Of a DNA stretch of 64,000 bases, positions 51,182-62,608 are shown in pieces; the first letter of the stretch is position 1, and each line of letters begins with the position of its first letter. This stretch comes from Eledone cirrhosa (lineage: Eukaryota). The notes beneath the pieces were generated by a model. The model worked only from the letters and a program-made list of their open reading frames with translations. It made no database searches and had not been told where the DNA came from. The position numbers and the translations under genes are program-made. Where the stretch lies: assembly GCA_964016885.1 (NCBI GenBank), contig OZ024741.1, positions 167,152,001-167,216,000 of the forward strand. The letters run 5' to 3'.

Positions 51182-51808
51182 TTAAGTAATGATCCAAATA
51201 TACATAGATCATTTTTTTATTTTTTTATTCTAACGTATGTTGGTGCATATATATGTAGGTATGCATTGCACATGTATAATCTTAGGTACATAAGATGTGT
51301 GTATGTGTGTATATATGAATGTTTATATTTATGTGATGTGCATAATATACGTCAAGATTATTTTCATGAATTTTTTGGATACACTATTTGTATTTTTTTA
51401 AATTTAAACTTTTAAAGTCTACATAGAGAATTGAACCCTGAGGGTCGGAGGCCATGTTTTGCAACACAGAGTAACGGCCCTTTACGGCCTGAGTTCAAAT
51501 CCTGCCGAAGTTAACTTTGCCTTTCATCCTTATGGGGGTCGATAAAATAAAGCACTAATAAAGCACTGGGACAATTGCTGGCTTTGTGCCAAAAGTAGAA
51601 ACAATTATATTTTGATATCAACCTTCATGCTGATGTATATATATATATATATATCATCATCATTTAGCGTCCATTTTTCCATGCTTGTATGGATTAGACA
51701 AGTTATCCACGTTAGGAAACAAGTCTGACAAGAGTTGGCCTCGCTGAACCTTGCTCTGTCGAGGACTGTAAATTGGGCCGGGGATTTTACAGCTGGATGT
51801 CCTTCCTA

Positions 51809-51843
<35 letters not shown>

Positions 51844-51917
51844 AATATATATACACAAACACATATATATATACATACACATGTATATGTATGTGTGTGT
51901 GTGTTTGTGTATATAGT

Positions 51918-52635
51918 GTAATAGTAATATACGTGAACGGCAAAGCATAAACGAACTAAGGGAAAAATTAGAAATAAGAGGGATCAGATGTTGTTTACTC
52001 GAGAGAAGGCTACGTTGGTATGGTCACGTGATGCGCATGAAAGACGACAGCTGTATAAAAAAGTGCAGGGCAATAAAAATAGATGGTAGCCATAGAGTAG
52101 GCAGACCCAGGAAAACCTGGGACGACTTGATAAATTCCGACCTCACACACTTACACCTCTCCAAGACAATGTCACTGGACCGAGATCTTTGGCGCTACAC
52201 AGTAATACAGAAAACCCGCCTTACCTAACTACAAAGTGAAACCTATTACAGTCAGTAGGCACCTCTAACAAAAATACACCCCGGTCCCACTACCCCCACC
52301 CCATCCACACCACCCCTTTCAATGTAAAGTTATGTTGGTACCACAATATCCAGTCCGAAACAAATGAGGTCGTGTAGGTGTCACGACAAAAAAACACACA
52401 GTCCACGCTGTAATGTGACCATGTAGGTAACACAGTAAAAACCTCCCAGTCCACACTGTAAACGTGGTTGGTGTTAGGAAGGGAATCCAGCCGTAGAAAA
52501 CCCACCAGACAGTCCTATGCGAGCAAGACAACCACTCTTGCCTCAAGTGGGAAAACTCCCGTCCAAACCCATGCAAGCATGGAAGATGGACGTTAAACGA
52601 TGATGATGATGATGATGTTGATGATGATGATGATA
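51918..52635 (+). mobile_element. RTE LINE 3' fragment with UTR
   Basis: [15 protein letters not shown]...GRPRKTWDD; UTR and (GAT)n tail. Confidence 0.9.
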
Positions 52636-52782
52636 TAGAGAGAGAGTGATATATGCACACTGTAAAATGGTTGGCATTAGGAAGGGCATCCAGATGAAGA
52701 AACCAAGCCAAAACAAAGTGTATGAGCATGACCTAGTCCCCTGACCCATGCAAGCATGGAAAATACATGTTAAACGCTGATG

Positions 52783-52817
<35 letters not shown>

Positions 52818-53164
52818 TGATGGCTGCCCCCTTGTTATCGAGTATGGCCATTGCACGATATATCATTATTAATCAATTCTATCGTGCAATGCCTGTGCAG
52901 GAAAGACATACATACATCCACATACACACATACATACATCCACACATTCACAGACACACACACATTCTCACACACACACACACACCCAGGCACAAAAAGT
53001 ATATTTCATTCCCATTTCCCACGTTGTTGTTGTTGTTGTCACTGTTCACAACACAAATTTGCAAGTGGGTGTATACATGTGCGTGCAAATGTGCACATAC
53101 ATGTTTCTGAGTATATACATGAATGCATGTGTATATATAGATGTGTGCATATATACACATATGT

Positions 53165-53995
53165 ATGTAGAGGATCTGCAAAGATTGGGAAGAAATGAAG
53201 GTGACATGCTTCGATGGATTTGTAAAAACATAAATGAACTGAGAGAGAAACTAGACATAAGAGGGATCAGATGCATTGTGCAGGAGAGGAGATTGCATTG
53301 GCATGGCCATGTGATGCGTATGAAGGATGACTGCTATATAAAAAGGTGCAGAGTGCTCAAAGTCGATGGAAGCTATAGAGTAGGAAGACCCTGGAAGTCT
53401 TAGGATGAAGTAATAAAAGCTGTCCTTTTACAATTGCAGCTCTCAAATGCAATGACACATGACCGAGATCTCTGGCATTATGCAATAATACAGAAGACCT
53501 GCCTTCCCATGAGCACAGGCTGAAGCATACATCAAGTATGCACCACCTTCGCCTCTATCCCATCTTCTGTACACCTCTGTCATCCAAACACTCCACCCTT
53601 CACACACGCCCCTATATGACTCTCACCGATTCTCACACCAAAGTCCCCAGTCCACACTGTAAAGCGGTCGTGATGGTGACTGTCTTTCTCCCACAGGCCC
53701 CTATGCCCACCTCCCCACCAAAGTCCCCAGCCCACACTGTAAAGTGGCCATGATGGCGACACAACAAAAAGCACCCAGCCCACACTGTAAAGTGGTCATG
53801 TAGGTGATACAACAAAAAGGGCCCAGTACACACTGCAAATGTGGTTGGCATTAGAAAAGGCATCCTGCCATAGAAACCAAAATCAGTTCTATGAGCAAGA
53901 CATGGTCATCTGATCTGGACTATCTCACAATGGGACAACATGTCCAACCCATGCTGGTGTGAAAAAAATGGACATTAAACGGTGATGATGATGAT
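53165..53995 (+). mobile_element. RTE LINE 3' fragment with UTR (older)
   Basis: EDLQRLGRNEGDMLRWIC...RRLHWHGHV; tandem-unit UTR and tail. Confidence 0.85.
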
Positions 53996-54211
53996 ACAAT
54001 GTGTGTGTATATATATATCTATATCTTTCTGCCCTGCATGAATGGACCTTATATAATTGTAGCTGGTGTTTGTGTACATATAAAGACCTGTTCTGCATGA
54101 ATGGCCTTCTCTGTTGGTGCTATTTATTATCTAACTGTAGCTGACATGCTCTGCAAATGTAAAAGCTATGAATCAACCTCAATGCATTTGCTGTTGCACT
54201 ACATACCAGCC

Positions 54212-54282
<71 letters not shown>

Positions 54283-54919
54283 CGTGCGTGCGTGTGTTGT
54301 GTGTGTATGTTACTGAGACTAATCTCTTTTTCTAGTGGATTGTTGTTAATCAAACAACTGCGAATGACTTTTACATGGCACAGTAGATATGACAAGATAA
54401 TGGGTGTAGTTAATATAAAAATAAGGAAGCTTATTTACTTTTTAAAAATAGCTGAATATTTTCTTGCTACCATGTATGTAAAATTTGTAAATCAGAAAAA
54501 TGTTTTTAAACCTTAACATACTGATAGTATAAATAATTGTTTCTACTTTTGGCACAAGGCCAGCAATTATCCCAGTGCATTACTGGTACTTTATTTTATC
54601 GACCCCGTGAGGATGAAAGGCAAAGTTAACCACGGTGGGATTTGAACTCAGACCGTAAAGGGGCATAACTCTATGCTACAAAGCATGGCGTCCGACCCTC
54701 TACCCATACTGCCAATCAACCGCCCTATTAATAAATAATAATTGTTTCTACTTTTGGTACAAGGCCAGCAATTACCCAGTACATTACTGGTACTTTATTT
54801 TATCGACCCCATAAGCATGAAAGGCAAAGTTAACTTCGGCGGGATTTGAACTCAGAATGGCAAGGGCCATAACTCTATGCTAGAAAGCATGGCGTCCGAC
54901 CCTCTACCAATACTGCCAA

Positions 54920-55690
54920 TAATAATAATAATAACTATAACATCATAAGATCTAATTAACGTCATTATCCACTTGGATATGATAATTCTGCTCTTGGAAA
55001 TGTATCCATCCTAATCCATCTAAGTCCCCTAAGTCTGAAAATGATAACTTATAATGGGGCGAACAATCCTATTTCTGACATATCCTCTAAACATGTCCAA
55101 GGCTCAAAAAGTGTTAATACTCTAAATGTAAAATGAAAAATAAACTGCAGAAGACCTGCTACTTGGTTTAATCCATTTAACAAACATATTGCCCCTAATA
55201 TACCACAATTATTTGTTAATATACTGAAAAAAAAACATTCCCCAAATCCATAAATACAGTAAACTGTTCACTAAGAATACTATTAAATTATCGTTCTCAA
55301 CTACTCCAAATTTATTTGGGTACGTAGCTTCAAATGTGGTTTACTGATGTGCCACCTCTGCACCTTACAGCACAACATTTTATATTGGAACTACATCAAA
55401 TAAGTTTAAATTTCACCTTTATTCTCATTTGTATTCCTTTAGGAATGGAAAATTGAAAAATTATTTCCCTCGTACATTTCATTTGGCATTTGAAAAATTT
55501 AAATACTAGTTATTTTCTTAATTGGGTTATCTTAAACATAGTTTCAACATATAAACCAGAAAACTTTAAATGTATTTTTTGTCTCACTGGAACTCTTCAA
55601 ATAATCAATTCTAAGCTTAAATAGAAAATCTGAAACCTTTTCCATTTGCTTACTCCTACTGTAAAATGTTTGACCCAACTTAAAAATATT
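54920..55690 (+). mobile_element. Degenerate Penelope-like (Naiad-related) 3' fragment
   Basis: RRPATWFNPFN, HKYSKLFTKNTIKLSFSTTPN, FYIGTTSNKFK align with the 12858-14745 protein; many frameshifts. Confidence 0.75.
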
Positions 55691-55887
55691 AATACTAGTT
55701 GTTAGCTACCTTTATGTATATGTGTATTTTTGTGGCTTATTGTGTATGCATAGTTTAAAACCATATTTCTGTATGCCTAAGTATGGTGTATTACCGGCTA
55801 CCTGAATTTGCTGATTATTTCTCTATATAAATATTTCTATAGGTATAGGAGCATATGAACATAGATATAGAGATGTATATATATGCC

Positions 55888-57238
55888 TAGCGTACAGGTC
55901 GGTATCCACCAGGGCTCTGTTCTTAGCCCTCTCCTGTTCATCATAGTCCTGCAGGCAATAACGGAGGAGTTTAAGACCGGATGCCCATGGGAACTCCTGT
56001 ATGTAGATGACCTCGCACTTATAGCTGAATATATGGTAGAACTAGAGAAGAAATTCCAAACTTGGAAGCAGGGACTAGAAAGAAAGGGTCTCAAAGTCAA
56101 TCTGACAAAGACTAAGGTCCTTGTAAGTAGACGAGAAAACAGAACCCAGATCCCCTCAGGGAAATGGTCTTGCTCAGTATGTAGGAAAGGTGTAGGTAGG
56201 AACTCCATTCTCTGCCCCAAATGCAAACAATGGGTACACAAGAGATGTAGCGGGATCTCAGGAAGCTTAACTAAGAATGTAGGCTTCACATGTAGCAGCT
56301 GCGCTGGGACAGCAAGCAGCAAACAGCCACAGGAAACAAGTACCACCAAACTCTGGGAGGGCTCTGTAGAAACAGTAAACAGCTTCTGCTACCTAGGTGA
56401 CCGAATTAGCAGCAGAGGTGGGTGTTCGGAAAGTACAATAATTAGGGTAAGAACGGGATGGAAGAAGTTCAGGGAGCTACTACCACTGCTAGCTGCAAAA
56501 GGCTTTTCCCTCAAAATGAAAGGCAGACTGTATGATGCGTGTATACGAACAGCAATGTTACATGGTAGTGAGACCTGGGTGCTGTCTGTGGAAGACTTGC
56601 ATAGATTAGAAAGAAACGAAGCCTGCATGCTCCGATGGATGTGTAATAGTAATATATGCGAACGGCAAAGCTTAAATGAATTGAGAGAGAGACTGAGCAT
56701 AAGAGGAATCAAATGCTGTGTGCAGGAGAGGCGGTTGCGTTAGTATGGACATGTGATGCGTATGAAGGATGACAGCTGCATAAAAAGGTGCAGAGCACTA
56801 GAAGTCGATGGAAACTGCGGAGTGGGGAGACCCAAGAAGACCTGGGATGAGGTGATAAAAGCTGATCTTACCCAATTACACCTCTCAAAGGCGATGACAC
56901 ATGGCCGTGACCTCTGGCGTCACGCAGTAATACAGAAGACCCGACCCCCCCACTGGTACAAGCCGAAGCTGAAGCATATAGACAATATGCCCCCACACCC
57001 TCCCACTGTAGAGTGGACGTGTAGGCGCCACAGGAAAAAAAAGCACCCAGCACTCACTGTAAATGAGGTTGGTGTTAGGATGGGCATCCAGCTGTAGAAA
57101 TCAAGCCAGAATCAGTTCCCGTATGAACAAGGCATGGTCAGCCAACCAGACACTGCCCACAACAGGACAACCCGTCTAACCCATGCTAGCATGGAAGAAC
57201 GGACATAAACCGGTGATGATGATGGTGATGATGATGAT
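55888..57238 (+). mobile_element. RTE LINE 3' half
   Basis: GIHQGSVLSPLLF, LYVDDL, C4HC3 finger, FCYLG, HGSETW; premature TAG at 56741-56743; UTR and tail. Confidence 0.93.
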
Positions 57239-57829
57239 TTGAGTGTACAGGTGTATCTTACGCATATGTGTGTCATATATATATATATATATTTATATAC
57301 ACATACATACACACACACATATGCATGTGTATATATATGTATATATAAATCAAAATCAACATTTTTTTTTATTATATGTATAAGTATTTCTATTTGAGTA
57401 AAAATACTCAAGTGAAGCTCCCATCGAATTTTGCTGATTATATCCCAATATATATGCCTGAATTACAGAGAAAAGCATGTGTGCATATATGTATGTGCAG
57501 GGGATATTTATGTATTAAAAAATTCAAATCATAATTCTTTGTTGGGAATATTCTCAAGGCAATGCATAAATAACACTCGTGTCAATGTAGTAAACGTCAA
57601 AAAACAGTATTTCATAGTAAAATATACAGTCCAGATATTTTAGCACCTTATTTATAGAGAATCTGAAGTTGGTGAAAATCATCAAAATATTGACCTTGAA
57701 TATAAGTCAACTCCATTTTATCATTGATTTTTTTTTTTGTCACATATTTTCAATCTTATATACAAGTATATACAGTAAGTGGATATCTCCATTTACAAAA
57801 AGAATTATTTTTGCATACATATATATATA

Positions 57830-58140
57830 TTAGATGAGATGCAGTTTGGTTTTGTGCCTGGGAAAAGTACAACAGATGCTCTCTTCTTAGTGAGGTAACT
57901 ACAAGAGAAGTTCTTAGAGAAGAATAAGCCACGATACTTAGCTTTTGTTGACCTAGAGAAGGCCTTTAATAAGGTACCCCGATCTATCATCTGGTGGTAC
58001 CTAAGGAAACTAGATGTGGAGGAATGGCTTGTGAGGGCAGTGCAAGCTATGTACAGGGGTGCTGTCAGTAAAGTGAGAGTAGGTATGGATACAAGTAGGT
58101 GTACATCAGGGTTCGGTCCTCAGCCCGCTCTTGTTCATTA
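57830..58140 (+). mobile_element. RTE RT internal fragment
   Basis: LDEMQFGFVPGKSTTDALF...AFVDLEKAFNKVP; ends in an 18-bp triplication CTTGTTCATTATTTTCAC. Confidence 0.85.
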
Positions 58141-58177
58141 TTTTCACCTTGTTCATTATTTTCACCTTGTTCATTAT

Positions 58178-58610
58178 TTTCACCTAATGCGGGCCTAGGG
58201 TTTCAAGAAAATGAATTTTTTTTATGTGCATAATATGCCTTGAAATTTCGGGAAAATCAGCTAGACGTAATGCCTCAAAAAAGCCCTAAAAAGCTGAAAA
58301 ATTGAAGTTTTTCACCTAATGCGGGCTCTAGGACATAAAAAGTTGGATTTTCTTTGCTCACAGTATGAAGAAGAGACTGACTAATACATAGTTACAATTT
58401 CAAGGAAATCGGTCTGATGTAACCTAAAAACCTGAAAAAACGCAGTTTTTCACCTAATGCAGGCCCTAGGGGATCAAGAAGTTGAATTTTTGTGCATAAC
58501 ACTCCCTGAAACATAAGTAATACACATGTAAAGTTTGAAAAAAGTCGGTTGAGTATTTCTCGAGTTTTAGGGATTCAAACTCACAGACACACACGCAGAG
58601 ACAGACATCC
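58178..58610 (-). mobile_element. Helitron-related fragment with three ~135-bp tandem units
   Basis: TTTTCACCTAATGC(G/A)GGC at ~58178, 58310, 58447; 58500-58610 matches the reverse complement of ~31990-32070. Confidence 0.65.
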
Positions 58611-59007
58611 ATCAATTTTGATCGCCCTGCACTTTTTTATACAGATGCAAGACAAACCACAAACCCTCCATCTCAATTTTACTTTTGAAAAGCATAAGAA
58701 CTGAGAAATCAGTAAAGTAAATAAATAAATATTCTTAAAAAGACTCCAGTTGCATTTTCAATTTCTTTTCCTTATACTTTCACCAATGTAGGACATCTTG
58801 TTTTTTGCTTTTATTTTTTGTAATAAAAAAACCCCTCATTTTCTTATATATATATGTGTGTGTGTGCGAGAGAGTCCTCGGTTCAGTCGAGGGTAACCAC
58901 AGTAAGTAAGGTGCTCAATACATTAGTTGAGCGTAAACTTTGTGTAACATACAAATGGCTTGTACAGGACTTGTACAGGACTAAAACTGTTCCATTCAAA
59001 TGAGTCA

Positions 59008-59060
59008 GCTTTCCTGAAGATTTTTCTTTTAAATGAAACATTTCTAGTCCTGTAGAAGCC
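59008..59060 (+). ncRNA. Type I hammerhead-like motif (family B element ~58870-59076)
   Basis: GCTTTC-CTGAAGA-TTTTTCTTTTAAAT-GAAACA-TTTCTAGTCC-TGT-A-GAAGCC; weak stems II and III. Confidence 0.65.
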
Positions 59061-59078
59061 ATTTCTATATAAAACATG

Positions 59079-59114
<36 letters not shown>

Positions 59115-59276
59115 TCACATATATATACATACACACACACACACATATATATATACATATATATATATATGTATGTTAATATGTGAAGTATTTCCATGGA
59201 AAAGGTAAAGGAAAGAAGAGTGCTCTATGTATAGTACAGAGCTATTTAATTATATAATAAACAACACAATATAATT

Positions 59277-59349
59277 ATTCCATTACCAAAGGTTTCACGA
59301 AGTTAGATGATTCTAACAGAAACGTCTGATATCGCTCATCAGAAGGAAT
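59277..59349 (-). ncRNA. Type I hammerhead ribozyme, left arm of family D palindrome
   Basis: Minus strand ATTCCTT-CTGATGA-GCGA...TCGT-GAAACC-TTT-GGT-A-ATGGAAT. Confidence 0.8.
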
Positions 59350-59373
59350 CTTTATTTGGATATCTAAATAAAA

Positions 59374-59446
59374 ATTCCTTCTGATGAGCAATATCAGACG
59401 TTTCTGTTAGAATCGTCTAACTTCATGAAACCTTGAGTAATGGAAT
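59374..59446 (+). ncRNA. Type I hammerhead ribozyme, right arm of family D palindrome
   Basis: ATTCCTT-CTGATGA-...-GAAAC-CTTGA-GT-A-ATGGAAT; stems II and III partly decayed. Confidence 0.7.
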
Positions 59447-59632
59447 AATTATATTGTGTTCTTTATTACATAATTAAATATATATCAAGTAAGAATATTT
59501 TCGAAACAGCGAGTGGGTTTGAAATTATTAGAAATGTAAGCTATCGCCGTATTTTGACTAAAGAAATTAAAGAAATTATTTAACCTGATAGTGGGGTTAA
59601 GAACCCTCGGAGAAATGGAAAAAGATGAGTAT

Positions 59633-59704
59633 TGATGTACATGGGAGTCGAACCCACATCTTTGGTTATCCGGACCACTGTGCTACCATTTACACCAACA
59701 CATC
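59633..59704 (-). tRNA. tRNA-like sequence (pseudo-tRNA or SINE head), nominal anticodon GGA, no long variable arm
   Basis: Cloverleaf: GATGTGT/GTACATC acceptor, GTGT-AAATGGTA-GCAC D arm, TGGT-CCGGATA-ACCA, GTGGG-TTCGACT-CCCAT; T5 run ~10 nt downstream; lacks U33 and purine 37. Confidence 0.6.
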
Positions 59705-59710
59705 ACCAAC

Positions 59711-59743
<33 letters not shown>

Positions 59744-59770
59744 TGCACATATATATATATATATATATAT

Positions 59771-59880
59771 GTAGATAAATCACATATATATCCCAGAAAC
59801 GATCGTTAAATAATGAACTTTTTTTGTTTAATATAAGGAACTGTTTCATTGTTTTATTCATTATTTTTTTAATATTTTAT
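59771..59880 (-). mobile_element. Miniature copy of the 11886-19216 Penelope-like element
   Basis: 59781-59880 matches 18983-19081; 59771-59781 GTAGATAAATC is the reverse complement of the tail end at ~19205-19215; (TA)n flanks. Confidence 0.75.
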
Positions 59881-60390
59881 ATATATATATATATATACAT
59901 TTACATGTGTGTGTATGTGTGTTATATAATACACACACATCTACACAACCTGATAATTCTATTTACATATCCACTGTAACTAAATTACACATCCTTGAAT
60001 CATAATTTCATATATTTAAACCCCCCCCCCCCCTCTTGCTCCATCTGACTACCACCACCACCACCACCACTATGATTACCTTCACCATTGTCACATCATT
60101 CACTATCATAACCATGACCACTACAATTACTATCACCACTATAAACATGAACCACCTCCACCACCACCACCACATCCAACCGTGAGAACTTCTGTTTCTA
60201 AAATTCTCTTATACAAACTATTGTTACCTTAGGCAAAGATTTTACTGGGATTGAATTATAAAAACGTCAGGTCTTTCAGTGAAGTTTTGTGGTTTTTAGT
60301 CTTGATTTTGTTTCAGATACACTGATTCATAACCACTTTGTTATTTGAATGACAATGATGATGATGATGATGAGTATATGTGTGTGCTTG

Positions 60391-60424
<34 letters not shown>

Positions 60425-60592
60425 TTGTTATGCTTTGGGAGGGTCATGTTGCCAATAAGAAACACACCACACAGTTGCTTTCACTTCAATTTATTATAAA
60501 TTAAATTTATAAATTTCCGGTTAGTTGGTTTTTTCAGAAACGAAATATATACATATATATATATATACAAATATATACATATATATATATAT

Positions 60593-60631
<39 letters not shown>

Positions 60632-60639
60632 CATATATA

Positions 60640-61810
60640 TATCATCATCATCATCATCAACGTTTAACGTCCGTGTTCCACGCTTGCATGGGTTTGGACG
60701 GGGGTAGTCCCACTTGAGGCAAGAGTGATTGTCTTGCTCGCATAGGACTGTCTGGCAGGTTTTCTACAGTTGGATGCCCTTCCTAACACCAACCACATTT
60801 GCAGTGTGGGTCTGGGAGGTTTTTACCGTGTTGCCTACACGGCCACATTACAGCGTGGACTGTGTGTTTTTTTGTCGTGACACCTACACGATCTCATTTG
60901 TTTCGGCCTCGATGGCGCGGCACCAACATAACTTTACATAGAACGGGGTGGGGTGGATGGGGTGGGGGTGGTGGGGGTGGGACGGGGTGTATTTTGTTAG
61001 AGATGCCTACTGGCTGGAGTAGGTTTTACTATATATTTAGGTAAGGCAGGTCTTCTCTGTTACTGAGTACTGCCAAAGGTCTCGGTCCAGTGACATTGTC
61101 TTGGAGAGGTGTAAGTGTGTGAGGTCGGAGTTTATCAGCTCGTCCCAGGTTTTTCTAGGTCTGCCTATTCCGTGACTACCGTCTATCTTTATTGCCCTGC
61201 ACTTTGTTATACAGCTATCGACTTTCATGCGCATCACGTGTCCATACCAACGTAGCCTTCTCTCGAGTAAACAACATCTGATCCCTCTTATCTCTAATTT
61301 TTTCCTTAGTTCGTTTATGCTTTGCCGTTCACGTATATTACTGTTACACATCCAGCGGAGCATGCAAGCTTCGTTCCTCTCTAGTCTGCGTATATCCTCT
61401 GCACACAATGCCCAGGTCTCACTGCCATGCAGCATTGCTGTTCGTATGCAGGCATCGTACAACCTGCCTTTCATTTTTAGGGAGAACCCTTTAGCAGCTA
61501 ATAGTGGTATAAGCTCTCTGAACTTTTTCCAACCAGTTCTGACTCTAGCTGCAGTACTTTCAGAGCACCCTCCCCCACTGCTGATTTTATCGCCCAGGTA
61601 ACGGAAGCTGTCCACTATTTCTATAGAACCCTCTGCGCAATTGAAAGAGCTAGTATTTTGTGGGCACTTGCTGCTACTTATTGCACCAGAACACCGGCCA
61701 CATGTAAAATCTATGTTCTTAGTTAGCTTACCTGTGATCCCACTACATCTTTTATGCACCCATACTTTGCATTTAGGACATAAAATGGAGTTTCTACCTA
61801 CGCCTTTCCT
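60640..61810 (-). mobile_element. Young RTE LINE 3' fragment
   Basis: Open frame [14 protein letters not shown]...TEKTCLT*, UTR and (GAT)n tail; 5'-truncated against a microsatellite. Confidence 0.93.
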
Positions 61811-62280
61811 ATATATATATACACATATATACATATACATATATACATATATACATATACATATATATATACATATACACATATATACATATACATATAT
61901 ACATATATACATATACATATATATATACATATACACATATATATATATATATACACATATATATATACATATATATATACACATATATATATACATATAC
62001 ACATATATATATACATATACACATATATATATACATATACACATATATATATATATATACACATATATATATACATATATATATACACATATATATATAC
62101 ATATATATATACACATATATATATACATATATATATACACATATATATATACATATATACATATACATATATATATACATATATACATATACATATATAT
62201 ATACATATATACATATATATATATACACATATATATACACATATATATACACATATATATATACATATATATATATATAC

Positions 62281-62311
<31 letters not shown>

Positions 62312-62314
62312 CAC

Positions 62315-62345
<31 letters not shown>

Positions 62346-62430
62346 TATATATATACACATATATATATATATACACATATATATATATATACACATATAT
62401 ATATATATACACATATATATATATATACAC

Positions 62431-62513
<83 letters not shown>

Positions 62514-62608
62514 CACATATATATATATATACATATATATATATACATATATATATATATACATATATATATATACATATATATATATATACATATATAT
62601 ATATACAT
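61810..62608. repeat. ~800-bp (TA)n/(CATA) microsatellite
   Basis: Direct inspection. Confidence 0.95.
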
